The notes below the pieces were generated by a model. That model was given only the letters and a program-made list of their open reading frames with translations, was not told the origin of the DNA and ran no database searches. DNA of 60,713 nt, taken from the NCBI GenBank assembly GCA_041649675.1, contig JBAZMQ010000009.1, forward strand, positions 1 through 60,713. Direction: 5' to 3'. The translations under genes were made by a program, and so were the position numbers. The DNA comes from Patescibacteria group bacterium (lineage in GTDB: Bacteria > Patescibacteriota > Patescibacteriia > Buchananbacterales > UBA6539). This document shows positions 27,651 through 37,432 of this stretch, in pieces (the first letter of the stretch is position 1; each line of letters starts with the position of its first letter).

Positions 27651-28127
27651 TTAGCCGCCCATGGTTACTTCTTTTGGCCATTGGTATGGTACTTCGGGCG
27701 AATTCCAAGCACAGCGATGTTCGTCCGGTTCTTGATAATTATATTTTTCCGTTGGCAAATTAATAATTCTAGCTTCATCGCAGTCAACAGCGGTAAAACC
27801 GTGATAAACTCCTTTGGGGATTTTTAGTACTAATTGTTGGCCCAAAACACTGGGTGCGGCTAAAATAAATTCTTGAACTTCGCCTTTAGTTGGTGAGTCA
27901 ACTCTAGCATCATAAAGCACCACTAAGGCTTTGCCCCAAACACAAACGAAATGGTCATTTTGGATTTTATGATAATGCCAACCCTTAGCCACTCCCCGTT
28001 TTACGCCGGTCATGTAAGCTTGGCCAAACTTTTCAAAAATTTCATCGTCGTTTCTTACCATTTCCATTAAAAACCCGCGATCATCATTTAAAACTTTAAG
28101 TTCTTTAATTTTTACACCATCAATCAT
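27651..28127 (-). CDS. rmlC: dTDP-4-dehydrorhamnose 3,5-epimerase-family cupin
   Basis: DDRGFLMEM, GVAKGWHYHKIQNDHFVCVWGKALVVLYDARVDSPTKGE. Confidence 0.75.
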   Translation of the reverse strand: MIDGVKIKELKVLNDDRGFLMEMVRNDDEIFEKFGQAYMTGVKRGVAKGWHYHKIQNDHFVCVWGKALVVLYDARVDSPTKGEVQEFILAAPSVLGQQLVLKIPKGVYHGFTAVDCDEARIINLPTEKYNYQEPDEHRCAWNSPEVPYQWPKEVTMGG

Positions 28128-28145
28128 AAATAAAAAAATTAATAA

Positions 28146-28349
28146 TTATTTTTCCCTTTGAATTAAAGCAGTAATTAAAACAATTGGCAAAAGCCAAATC
28201 GGGTTAAACCAATTGGTCACAAAACCGGGCAGTAAAAAATCAAGTACAAATAAAATCGTAAAGGTAATAAAACTGGCCCGAAAAACCAACTGGTTTAGCT
28301 CCAGCCAAAAATTAGATTGCAGTTGAAAAAGATTAATTTTTACTTTCAT
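28146..28349 (-). CDS. Small membrane protein
   Basis: 67 aa with two hydrophobic helices. 4-nt overlap with the upstream gene. Confidence 0.4.
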   Translation of the reverse strand: MKVKINLFQLQSNFWLELNQLVFRASFITFTILFVLDFLLPGFVTNWFNPIWLLPIVLITALIQREK

Positions 28350-28855
28350 CGGTATAGCGTTACTTTAATTTGGTTTATCGCCATGGTTTGATTGCTTTCA
28401 CCGCTTGAATTAATAATAAACTCCATAAAATTCCTGGGCCGGTAGAGTTTGGTCAAATCAAAATCAAATATGGCTTTTTGCCAACCATTGCCAACATCCG
28501 AAATCAAAATCGGTTTTTCTAAATTATAGCTCCAACCCACTCCAGATTTGCCGCCCATTTCAGTAAGGCTTCGGCCGTTTTGTTGATAAACAATTTCGAA
28601 TCGAGCCAGGCGATAAAATTGAATTGGCCGAAAATTAAAATAAACCGGACTGCCTAAAATCACTTGGTTGTCCCCTAGCTTAAGCAAACGACTGACGGGT
28701 TTTAACTTAGAAATTGCCGCCTGATCTTGGTTGAAATTCACTTCAAAACTCAAAGGCTTGGTGACGGGAAAATTTTTATCAACCAACCAAAGCAAAAATA
28801 ACAAAACAACAATGATTAATAAAATTCTAATAATTTTTAAAATCTTTTTTTTCAT
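28346..28855 (-). CDS. Membrane-anchored hypothetical protein
   Basis: 169 aa with an N-terminal TM helix. Follows the GT-C gene directly. Confidence 0.45.
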   Translation of the reverse strand: MKKKILKIIRILLIIVVLLFLLWLVDKNFPVTKPLSFEVNFNQDQAAISKLKPVSRLLKLGDNQVILGSPVYFNFRPIQFYRLARFEIVYQQNGRSLTEMGGKSGVGWSYNLEKPILISDVGNGWQKAIFDFDLTKLYRPRNFMEFIINSSGESNQTMAINQIKVTLYR

Positions 28856-28859
28856 TAAT

Positions 28860-30446
28860 TTAATTAGCCTCGGCTTTATCTAGCCGATAAAGCACGCTGC
28901 TATTAATAACTGCCACTTGATTTAATTTTATACCATTTGCCGTTTGATTCCTAATAACCTCGGGCGAAAAATAATAAACCGGAACCACCCCAACTAAAGC
29001 CGGCAAAATTCCCATTAACTCTTGATTTTGTAAAAGCGGCTCAAAAGTATGAATAACCTTTCGGTCAGGAAAAAAAACTTTATCCTGCCGAACAGTGACA
29101 ATAATGGCATTGGGTTGGGTCAGGCTCGTCACTTGAGCTGAAATTTCTTTGTAACTAGCAATTCGTTTACGCATAGCGTTTAGACTATCATCACCCAAAA
29201 ATACCACTAAAGATGCGGACTGATACAGCAGAATAATTAAAAATAACACGATGACATAATTTTTTAAACGCCGACCTAAACGTTGACCCAACCAAATTAA
29301 ACCAATGGCCACAAACGGAATAACTAAGATAAATAACGGCAACCAATAACGAACATAAGAAAGTCCGATTAAATTAAACCGCTGAATAATGGTATCAGAA
29401 TAAACCAGGCTGCCGTAATAAAGACTTAAAAATGCGCCGACAACAATGCTGACTAAAACAAAAACTAATTCCGAAGTTTGGATTTTTTTAAGCTTGGCTA
29501 GCCAAACGCCAAAGCCGATTAGGCCAAAAGCCATTAGCCACCAAGATAACGAGACAAAATAATGCCAAAAATTTTTGAGCGCCAATAACGGATGAAAACC
29601 AAAAGGCAAAAACAAACCGCCAAAAATTTGGCAAGTTTGGCAGGTACTAGTTGAAAGATGTAATTGGTTGTAACCGGTTACTAACCAGCTGCCGTATAAT
29701 TGCTGATTAAACAGCAAAGCAACAACCATGGCTAAACCAATAACGGCAAACGGCAGAATGACTAAAGTATTCAATTTTTCTTTCCGGCAAAATAAAACTA
29801 CTGCCACAATGAAAAGCAGCCAAATGGCTTCCGACATTCTAATCGTCAAAGCCAAACCCAGACTCAAACCGCCCAGCAATACAAGCCACCAATATTTTTT
29901 CTCGGCGGTTAATAAAAAATAAATACCGATTAAAGCTAAAGAAACAAAAGCAATATTGGGATAAAGAGAAATTACCGAATAATACCACCAAACCGGATGA
30001 AAAATTAGCACCACGGCCGATACAAAGCCAATCTCGGGATTAAAAACTTTTTTAATAATGCCGTAAAAAGCCAAAATACCAAAAACCGCCAGAATCGGCG
30101 TCAGATAAATTATTATGCCCAAACCAAAAATTTTTGCCATCAAGCCAAATAGAATAATTAACCCCAAAAAAGTACCGGGTACGAGTGAACCATCCGCCAT
30201 AACGTTAAAACTTCTGGGGTGAATTTGATTCTTGGCAATACTATTTAACGGCTCAGTGATCTTTAATTGGCCGGTTTGAGCGTAATTTTTGGCCCAAAAA
30301 TAATTGGCCGTCTCGTCAGGCGAGTCAAAACGCGCCAAAATATTGGTGTTAGTTTTAACCGGCGTAATCAACCAAAAATTAATAATACAAAAAACCGCTG
30401 ATAAAACTAATAAAATTACCAAAGCAATGTTGGACTTCTTAGTCAT
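28860..30446 (-). CDS. GT-C-type (family 39-like) membrane glycosyltransferase candidate
   Basis: 528 aa and polytopic. FDSPDETANYFW after TM1 resembles the first-loop DE motif of ArnT/PMT enzymes. Confidence 0.5.
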   Translation of the reverse strand: MTKKSNIALVILLVLSAVFCIINFWLITPVKTNTNILARFDSPDETANYFWAKNYAQTGQLKITEPLNSIAKNQIHPRSFNVMADGSLVPGTFLGLIILFGLMAKIFGLGIIIYLTPILAVFGILAFYGIIKKVFNPEIGFVSAVVLIFHPVWWYYSVISLYPNIAFVSLALIGIYFLLTAEKKYWWLVLLGGLSLGLALTIRMSEAIWLLFIVAVVLFCRKEKLNTLVILPFAVIGLAMVVALLFNQQLYGSWLVTGYNQLHLSTSTCQTCQIFGGLFLPFGFHPLLALKNFWHYFVSLSWWLMAFGLIGFGVWLAKLKKIQTSELVFVLVSIVVGAFLSLYYGSLVYSDTIIQRFNLIGLSYVRYWLPLFILVIPFVAIGLIWLGQRLGRRLKNYVIVLFLIILLYQSASLVVFLGDDSLNAMRKRIASYKEISAQVTSLTQPNAIIVTVRQDKVFFPDRKVIHTFEPLLQNQELMGILPALVGVVPVYYFSPEVIRNQTANGIKLNQVAVINSSVLYRLDKAEAN

Positions 30447-30528
30447 AGCTTAAAATTAACCTGAATATATTATAGCAAAATTTAGGCCTTTTGTGCTAAA
30501 CTGTATTTAGACACTATCATCCTAACCT

Positions 30529-32631
30529 ATGGAGGAAAAAATAAGCCAACTTCGCTATGTAACCATAACTGCCATTCTTTGTTTTGCAGTCATTGGCAAT
30601 TTTTTATTTTGGCAAAATTGGCTAATTGGCCTAGTGGCCGGCTTGGCTTACCTGCTTTTTTACAGTTTTATCTTTGGTTCAATTTTTGTGGCCAAAAAAG
30701 GTTGGCAAATAATTTTTGGCCTGCTTTGGCTTTTAGCAGTTATTGCCATTTTTGGCGCCGGCTTAATTTATCTTTATCAATTCAACAATTACACCTTTAT
30801 CCTGTTAATCCTCATCATTCCCGCGATGCTAATTACCCCTTATTACTTTGCCCAACCGTTAGAAAATTTTTCCCTGCGCCGAACAGTTAAAAACTACTTG
30901 GATAAATTCAACGAACGGCAAGAATCCAAAACCAATATTGTTCTCGTTTTAATTTATTTAGTTTTAGCCAGCGGTTTATTTTTTCTTTTGGTCCATGGCC
31001 AAACCCAGGAATCAATTCAATCGCCTTGGCAAGTGGTTAATCGTTTCTTTATCCCGGCTTACTTTTTAGCAACCATTTGCCTTTTAACTTATCTTTTTAA
31101 TTCGTTTCGGACTAAATTACCGCTAATTTTAATAATCATTCACACCTTTTTAAGTACCGCCGTGGCTTTGATTGTTTACCAAATCGGTTACGGCTTTGAT
31201 CCGTTCATTCACCAAGCCACGGAAAAAATTATTTCTCAGACCGGCACAATTTTACCCAAACCGCTTTACTATTTAGGCCAATATGCCATCGTCGTTTTTT
31301 TAAACAAATTAACTTTTATTGATTTAACTTTCCTGGATAAAATATTGGTGCCGGTATTATATTCCCTTTTTATTCCCACGACCACTTTTTACGTTTTCAG
31401 CCATTGGTTAAGAAAAAACCTGGCCCTGGTTTTGTCCCTGGTGTTTTTAGTTATTCCCTACTCCGGTTTTATCATGACTGCCCCGCAAAATTTAGCCAAT
31501 TTATTTTTTATCATTACCATTTTATTATCCCTGCTTTATTTCAGAAATTTACTGGCCGCTTTGGTTTTATATCTTTTAGCCCTTGCCACATGCGCCATTC
31601 ATCCTTTGGCCGGCTTACCGCTTTTAGTTACAGTTTTTCTTCTTAATTTATTCAAAGTCCTTTACCACAGCTACATTAAATACCTCAGTCTTTATTTTTT
31701 TACTTCGCTGGTATTTATTTTGGTTTTACCTTTGGCTTTTTTGGCTAGCGGTTCAACCTTAAATTTGTCGCCCAGTGCTTTTCATTTGTCTGATTTTAAT
31801 TTCTTACATTGGATTGATAAATTTGATTTGCTTTTGAACTTAGCCTATTTAGTTAAACTCAACGCCGTCTTTTTAAGTACTCTGCTAATTATCACCGGCC
31901 TTTTACATATTGGCAAAAACAAACTGCTTAAAAACAACGCCGGTTATTTAATTGCTGCGTTCATTATTTTTGCCGACTTTTTTATCGTAAAATATTTTGT
32001 TGATTTCCCGGCCCTCAGAGACAACGACAAAACTGATTTCATCAGCCGCTTAGCGATTTTAGGTTTTTACGTTCTTTTGCCCTTCTTTTTACTAGGAATT
32101 TATTGGCTCGCTAAAAAGTTTTGGCAAAAAGATTTATATTACAAAACTTTTTTAATTTTTGTTTTGGCAACGGCCGTTACTATTTCGCTTTATCTTTCTT
32201 ACCCCCGTTTAAACCAATACGAACCGGCTAATTTTTTCAGCCTTTCGGCTTCCGACATCAAAGCCGTTGATTTAATTGAACAAATCGCTGCGCCCGATCA
32301 TATAGTTTTGGCCAATCAAATGGTGGGAGCTGCCGCTATCCGAGAAACCGGATTTAAAAAATATTACAACAATCAATTTTATTATTCCATGCCCATGGGC
32401 CAGCCCCAAAATTTTTATAACGACTTTTTAGAAATGGTTTATCAGGGCGCAAAACGAGAAACCATGCAAAGAGCCATGACTGAGGCCGGCGTCAAAGAAG
32501 GCTATTTGGTTTTGAATAGCTATTGGGGTAATTTCAATCAAACTGTTAAGCTAGCCAGTGCTTCGGCCGATAATGTCTACAAAATTGATAATGGTAAAAT
32601 TTATATCTTCCAATACCTCAATAAAAATTAG
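30529..32631 (+). CDS. Large polytopic membrane protein with a C-terminal soluble domain
   Basis: 700 aa, about 15 hydrophobic helices, no motif recognised. Confidence 0.5.
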   Translation: MEEKISQLRYVTITAILCFAVIGNFLFWQNWLIGLVAGLAYLLFYSFIFGSIFVAKKGWQIIFGLLWLLAVIAIFGAGLIYLYQFNNYTFILLILIIPAMLITPYYFAQPLENFSLRRTVKNYLDKFNERQESKTNIVLVLIYLVLASGLFFLLVHGQTQESIQSPWQVVNRFFIPAYFLATICLLTYLFNSFRTKLPLILIIIHTFLSTAVALIVYQIGYGFDPFIHQATEKIISQTGTILPKPLYYLGQYAIVVFLNKLTFIDLTFLDKILVPVLYSLFIPTTTFYVFSHWLRKNLALVLSLVFLVIPYSGFIMTAPQNLANLFFIITILLSLLYFRNLLAALVLYLLALATCAIHPLAGLPLLVTVFLLNLFKVLYHSYIKYLSLYFFTSLVFILVLPLAFLASGSTLNLSPSAFHLSDFNFLHWIDKFDLLLNLAYLVKLNAVFLSTLLIITGLLHIGKNKLLKNNAGYLIAAFIIFADFFIVKYFVDFPALRDNDKTDFISRLAILGFYVLLPFFLLGIYWLAKKFWQKDLYYKTFLIFVLATAVTISLYLSYPRLNQYEPANFFSLSASDIKAVDLIEQIAAPDHIVLANQMVGAAAIRETGFKKYYNNQFYYSMPMGQPQNFYNDFLEMVYQGAKRETMQRAMTEAGVKEGYLVLNSYWGNFNQTVKLASASADNVYKIDNGKIYIFQYLNKN

Positions 32632-32642
32632 CCAACCAATAG

Positions 32643-32669
32643 TTGACAATAAATAAATCAAAGTATAAC
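32643..32669 (+). promoter_or_regulatory. Candidate promoter of the 78-aa ORF
   Basis: TTGACA (32643-32648), 15-16 nt spacer, TATAAC (32664-32669). GGAGGG RBS at 32690-32695. Confidence 0.45.
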
Positions 32670-32704
32670 ATCAGAACAGAATACAACATGGAGGGAATTG
32701 CACC

Positions 32705-32941
32705 ATGCCTGGAAATACTGCTTTTATTGAAGAAGATGAGTCTCTACCAACCACTTTCCTGGTTACCCTAAAGGAACTAGCAGAAACTGGCTGTCCAGTC
32801 GCTCAACAAGTCCCACCCAATGAGATTGCCCAGTTGGCAAGTGATGGCAACATTTGTTTACTCGCCCATTGCGAGGATTACAATGGAGGCACCTGCCCTA
32901 TCCTTGAGGCAATCTACGAAAATCACCAAACTCGGTATTAA
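32705..32941 (+). CDS. GC-rich 78-aa Cys-containing ORFan
   Basis: Strong RBS 9 nt upstream, with its own promoter-like boxes and terminator. Hand count 31/60 G+C in line 32761-32820, against 13/60 in line 32101-32160. Confidence 0.6.
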   Translation: MPGNTAFIEEDESLPTTFLVTLKELAETGCPVAQQVPPNEIAQLASDGNICLLAHCEDYNGGTCPILEAIYENHQTRY

Positions 32942-32946
32942 CCCAA

Positions 32947-32986
32947 GACCATTCTGACTTATTAAGCCAGGGTGGTCGTCTTTTTT
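32947..32986 (+). terminator. Intrinsic terminator
   Basis: GACCATTCTG (32947-32956) pairs with CAGGGTGGTC (32968-32977) through two G-U pairs, then GTCTTTTTT. Confidence 0.7.
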
Positions 32987-32992
32987 ACCCCC

Positions 32993-33073
32993 CCCCTCAC
33001 CCGCTTAGTAAAACTTAAGTCCCTCTCCCCCAAGGGGGAGAGGGAAAATAAAGCTAAAAGCCATAACCCCTCC
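32993..33073. repeat. REP-like element copy R1
   Basis: CCCCTCACCCGCTTAGTAAAAC..., hairpin CCCTCTCCCCC-AA-GGGGGAGAGGG (33021-33044), then GGAAAATAAAGCTAAAAGCCATAACCCCTCC. Confidence 0.75.
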
Positions 33074-33121
33074 ACGTCCAACTCAAATAATGGTTAGCCT
33101 GCGAGCCTTGAAAAACGTATA

Positions 33122-33229
33122 CCCCTCATCCGCTTAGTAAAACTAAGTTTTTTTTCCCAAAAAAAAGGAGAGGGAAAATAAAGCTAAAAGCCGTAACCCC
33201 TCCCAACCTCCCCTTAGCTTAAGGGGAGG
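33122..33229. repeat. REP-like element copy R2 (direct repeat of R1, decayed central hairpin) plus a CCTCCCC/GGGGAGG hairpin
   Basis: Same flanks as R1 with 1-2 mismatches. The centre is replaced by T8CCCA8. Hairpin 33207-33229. Confidence 0.7.
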
Positions 33230-33278
33230 AGACCTAAAAAACTGCCGAGAAAAATAGGCAGATTTACGAAAAACTTAA

Positions 33279-34448
33279 TTAAATCAACCCAAAGAGTTGT
33301 TTGATATAATTAGCGACGGAAAAATTACGAACCGAAACAAAACAATTCTTTTTCAGTTCGCTTATCTTTTCGGTATGATTTAAAAAGTATTCCAAAACTT
33401 CAATTAAATTTTTTTCATTGCCCGGCGCAAAAGTAAAACCGTTGTAATCATCTTTAACAATTTCCGATACCCCGCCAATGTCTGCTGCCAAAACCGGCAC
33501 GTTAGCCACCAAACTTTCATCAATGACTTTAGGTGAGTTTTCATAACAAAGCGAAGGCACGACAGTAAAATCCGCTTGGCGGTAATAATCAATCAGAGTC
33601 GGTTGATCAACTCGGCCAATAAATTTAAAGCGATTATCCCCCTCAATTATTTGCTTAACATACTTTTCCGTTGCGCCCGTACCAATAATAAGAAGCTGCC
33701 AATTTTGCGGTACTACTTTTTTCAAAGCATTAATTAAAAAAATAATTCCCTTAAAACCTTCCAACTGCCCGACAAACAACAAAGTCACTTGGCCATCGGT
33801 TTTGGCCGTTGTTTCTAACTTATCAACTTTTTTAAAAACCACGGGATTAGGCATAATCATTTTTTTGGATTCGTAAAAAAATCCCCGCGCTTGATAATAA
33901 CCCATTAACCAGCGCGACGGCGAAATAATCACATCCGGATTGCCAAACAGCCGCTTGATAGTTTTTTCATAAATTTTATCCAAAATCAAAAAGGGTTTTT
34001 CCCGGCCATACAAAATCAACCCCGACGGCCGAGACAGCTGAACATCATGAACCGTGTGAAAATGCCGGATGCCAACTTTTCGAATGGCTAGCGGGATTAA
34101 ATAACCTAACCCTTTTAGATTGTGAGTCATGACCACTTTTGGCTTTTCCTTGCCCAAAATTTTTTTAACTTTAAAATAACTGCTTAAATTAAAAACATCC
34201 AAGGGATGCCAAATAAACCGCAGCCAAACCGGTTTTTTATTAATATCCAAAAAGGAAAAAATATTAAGCGGTTTAATCCGATAAATTGTCAGCTTACCTT
34301 CGTGCGTAACGCTATTAGTCCGGCCCAGGGTAATTAAAACCACATCGTGATTTTCTTTCAAAAATTCCCGAACTAAAATATCCACTACGACTTCCGCCCC
34401 GCCGCGAGTATATGGCTGATATAAGCTGTGAATTAGACAGATTTTCAT
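33279..34448 (-). CDS. Glycosyltransferase family 4 (GT-B, Glycos_transf_1)
   Basis: FVGQLEGFKGI, YENSPKVIDESLVANVPVLAADIGGVSEIV. Confidence 0.85.
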   Translation of the reverse strand: MKICLIHSLYQPYTRGGAEVVVDILVREFLKENHDVVLITLGRTNSVTHEGKLTIYRIKPLNIFSFLDINKKPVWLRFIWHPLDVFNLSSYFKVKKILGKEKPKVVMTHNLKGLGYLIPLAIRKVGIRHFHTVHDVQLSRPSGLILYGREKPFLILDKIYEKTIKRLFGNPDVIISPSRWLMGYYQARGFFYESKKMIMPNPVVFKKVDKLETTAKTDGQVTLLFVGQLEGFKGIIFLINALKKVVPQNWQLLIIGTGATEKYVKQIIEGDNRFKFIGRVDQPTLIDYYRQADFTVVPSLCYENSPKVIDESLVANVPVLAADIGGVSEIVKDDYNGFTFAPGNEKNLIEVLEYFLNHTEKISELKKNCFVSVRNFSVANYIKQLFGLI

Positions 34449-34678
34449 TCTGGGAATATAATAATTACAGTTAAATTTTAACTTATTTTAGCGGGAAAAG
34501 CAATAAGTTTAGGATAAAACTAGTTAGTTAAAATCAAATTTGAATTTTTAGCCTGATTTCTCTAATGCCTGGGGATAAACTGCTTTCTGCTAATATATTG
34601 TTAAATAGTGCTTATACCTGAATTGATTTACCTTGCTAAATAAATTTAATCAAAAAAAATTCATTTAACACCAAAAGT

Positions 34679-35212
34679 ATGTTTATCTACGTATCAATAA
34701 ACGAAAAAATGAAAACGAAAATGTTACACGAGGGCAATTTCTCTTGCTCAAATTGTCAAAAAGTAACATTTCATAAATTTTTTTATGTAAAAAAGAATCT
34801 CCATGCATACAATATTATGCCGATTGGCAGACTGGAAAATACTAAGGTATTACAATGTCAGGAATGTGGAGTTGAAAAGGTATTAGTTATTGATAACACA
34901 TACTTAAACGATAAATTATCTCTTAGCGCAAAAATAGATGAGCTACTTAAGAACAAAAAATATTCTTTATATAACAAAAATATTAAGGAATGTAATAAGT
35001 GTGGAAGTATTATTGGAGACATTTTCGAATTAAGTAAAACCAATAGCTCATTAAAATGTACTAATTGCTCCAATGATGTAAGCTACTTAATTGACGAAGT
35101 GGAGAAAAGAAAGAAAGGGCATAAAAGAGTAGCTATTACTATTTTCATTTTTTTTATCTTACTAATATTATCAATGCTAATACTTGAATTGTTTGGTTTT
35201 CATTTTGAATAA
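34679..35212 (+). CDS. Tail-anchored protein with several CxxC zinc-ribbon pairs
   Basis: CSNC, CQEC, CNKC and CTNC pairs plus a C-terminal TM helix. The start could be the ATG at 34709. Very AT-rich (14/60 G+C in line 34921-34980). Confidence 0.5.
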   Translation: MFIYVSINEKMKTKMLHEGNFSCSNCQKVTFHKFFYVKKNLHAYNIMPIGRLENTKVLQCQECGVEKVLVIDNTYLNDKLSLSAKIDELLKNKKYSLYNKNIKECNKCGSIIGDIFELSKTNSSLKCTNCSNDVSYLIDEVEKRKKGHKRVAITIFIFFILLILSMLILELFGFHFE

Positions 35213-35273
35213 AAATGGTCTTGATCAAATTATTAGCAACTAGATAATTTTGATTATTAGCTAATTACAAAAT

Positions 35274-35735
35274 ATGACCTACAATGAGAAAAAAATCATA
35301 ATTCCGCTACTTTTGGCCATAATGGCAGCGGCTTTTAGCTGGCTTGACAGTATCTATCTCCTTTCGCCTAATTTTCTTGATGGTAAATCATCTGCCTGGC
35401 CTCTTATATTACTAACTATGATTATACTTTTGCCAAGCACCATTATGCATTGGAGGGGCAGTAGGTTTTTCAGTAAAGTCTTCACTGTGACTATGGCCAT
35501 ATTAGCTACATTATTATGGTTAGCATTACTTATTCCGTATTTCTTCACACTATACAACCAGGCGATTATAATTATAAACGATTTAGCCCTCGTACACATG
35601 CGGTCAAAAATTAATGCAATATTGCTTTGGGCATATTGGAATATTGACTCAGGATTCATGTTTGACTTACTAGCCGCTGCACTAGTGTCCATAGCGGCCT
35701 TAGTAAATAAAAGAACCAAGATTAAAGGCATTTAG
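35274..35735 (+). CDS. Small polytopic membrane protein
   Basis: 153 aa with about 4 TM helices. Confidence 0.5.
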   Translation: MTYNEKKIIIPLLLAIMAAAFSWLDSIYLLSPNFLDGKSSAWPLILLTMIILLPSTIMHWRGSRFFSKVFTVTMAILATLLWLALLIPYFFTLYNQAIIIINDLALVHMRSKINAILLWAYWNIDSGFMFDLLAAALVSIAALVNKRTKIKGI

Positions 35736-35865
35736 AGTTAGCCAGTTCAAAAAAAATAAAATTGGTGCATAAGAATACTGTATAACTTCACAACAAATAA
35801 AAATTAAAATTTGACTTCAGCTAACACGGTCTATATGGCTCCGCTAATAAAATAAATTTAAGTCA

Positions 35866-36297
35866 ATGGAAACTAATCAACATTTCATCGAGAGAAAAGA
35901 AAAAGAGTTTAGTGATAAAAAAAATGAATATGACAAAAGAATAAAAAATGGGAAAAAAATAGCAAAACGATTATTAATAGACATGAAAGACATAGGCAGG
36001 CAGACTAGAATGTTCTTCGTCAGAGAAGCATGGACGTTTGAACCTCAATCCAATTTGGCTCAAAAAGTTTTTATAATCGAAAGACTGAAAAAATATATTT
36101 GTGACAAAAGTAAAATGGCTTATCCAAATTCTTGGCAAGAGGGTGACATAGAATATCGAATTGGATATTATATAGTTGGCAAGATAGGTGGGGCTGAGGA
36201 CAAATGGATTTGGGGTCAATATTGTCCAATAATCCCTGGCCATGATTTAAAAAAACTTCTTAGCAATGCAAGCGAAAAAGGAACTTTATCGGATTAA
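35866..36297 (+). CDS. Hypothetical protein
   Basis: 143-aa ORF in the AT-rich island. No motif recognised. Confidence 0.45.
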   Translation: METNQHFIERKEKEFSDKKNEYDKRIKNGKKIAKRLLIDMKDIGRQTRMFFVREAWTFEPQSNLAQKVFIIERLKKYICDKSKMAYPNSWQEGDIEYRIGYYIVGKIGGAEDKWIWGQYCPIIPGHDLKKLLSNASEKGTLSD

Positions 36298-36354
36298 ATT
36301 TTCTTCACATAACACTGGCTAGCTGATTTGTGCTCACTAAGCAAAATTAATTCC

Positions 36355-36996
36355 ATGAATAAAAACTTAAGAACCAAACTTTTTAATTTAGCCAAAAATA
36401 AAATTACTAACTCTGACCCGTCGCACGACTTTGAACATGCTTTGCGGGTTTTGGCTAATGCTCAAAGAATTGCCAAAGAAGAAAAAGCGGATTTAGATAT
36501 TATTATTCCCGCGGCGTTATTTCACGACATTATTAATTACCCAAAGCATAGTCCAATGGCCAAATATGCTTCTGACAAAAGTGCTGAAGTAACCAGAAAA
36601 ATTTTAAAAAAAATTAAAGAATATCCCCAGGATAAAATTGATAAAGTTTATACGGCAATAAAACAATGCTCATTTTCCAAAGCGATTGTGCCTGATTTCT
36701 TGGAAGCCAAAATTTTGCAGGACGCCGACGGACTGGAAGCCACCGGTGCCATTTCAATTATGCGAACCTTTTCTTCTACCGGCCAATATAAAAGACCTTT
36801 TTATAATCAGAAAGATCCGTTTTGCAAAAACCGCCAGCCAGATAGCAGCCATTTTGCCCTGGATTTATTCTATACCAGGCTGCTTGTCGTCAAAGACCGG
36901 ATGCACACTAAATCAGCCAAAAAAATTGCCCTAAAACGAACTGCCTTTTTAAAAAAATTTCTTGATCAGTTAAAAAATGAATTGGCCGGTAAATAA
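36355..36996 (+). CDS. HD-domain phosphohydrolase
   Basis: HDFEHALRV...AALFHDI and LQDADGLEATGAISIMR. The ATG at 36355 is preferred to the listed TTG at 36328. Confidence 0.8.
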   Translation: MNKNLRTKLFNLAKNKITNSDPSHDFEHALRVLANAQRIAKEEKADLDIIIPAALFHDIINYPKHSPMAKYASDKSAEVTRKILKKIKEYPQDKIDKVYTAIKQCSFSKAIVPDFLEAKILQDADGLEATGAISIMRTFSSTGQYKRPFYNQKDPFCKNRQPDSSHFALDLFYTRLLVVKDRMHTKSAKKIALKRTAFLKKFLDQLKNELAGK

Positions 36997-37003
36997 TTTA
37001 AAT

Positions 37004-37255
37004 ATGTTAGCCACAATTTTTGGCATAATTGCCGGCGTTTTAACCTTAATTCGGTTAATTCCCCAAACTTACCGCAGCCTAAAAATTAAAGAAACCAAAG
37101 ACTTATCCCTTTGGTTTGTTATTATTTTATTTTTCCAAGCGTTATTTTTAATTTTTTATGGTTTGGCCAAACCGAACGCAATGATCGTTTACATGAACGC
37201 CCTACCGCTGTTGCTCTCAGTAATTCTGATTTATCTAAAATTGAAATATAAATAA
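37004..37255 (+). CDS. SemiSWEET / PQ-loop 3-TM transporter
   Basis: 83 aa from the ATG at 37004. LIRLIPQTYRSLKIKETKDLSLWF is a PQ motif, with three TM helices. Confidence 0.7.
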   Translation: MLATIFGIIAGVLTLIRLIPQTYRSLKIKETKDLSLWFVIILFFQALFLIFYGLAKPNAMIVYMNALPLLLSVILIYLKLKYK

Positions 37256-37340
37256 AATTTTAATTAGAAGACACTGGCGGCCTTCTTGACAATTTTAGCT
37301 ACTATGAGATAAACTCAATTTGTTATGCAAAACTATATAA

Positions 37341-37386
37341 ACGCACAAGTAATGATGATGAACCCTTCCGGCGAAGGTGCGTTTTT
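37341..37386 (+). terminator. Terminator-like nested hairpin 1
   Basis: ACGCA..TGCGT encloses CCTTC-CGGC-GAAGG, followed by TTTTT. Confidence 0.5.
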
Positions 37387-37432
37387 AATGTGTTTACATA
37401 GATAAATAAATACATCAACTAAGCAACGAAAC

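Noticed and set aside
37325-37405. 26-aa ORF MQNYINAQVMMMNPSGEGAFLMCLHR with three consecutive Met codons overlapping terminator hairpin 1 (attenuation leader?)
   Set aside because: There is no Shine-Dalgarno sequence before its ATG, and the downstream gene has no link to methionine. I kept only the RNA-structure observation.
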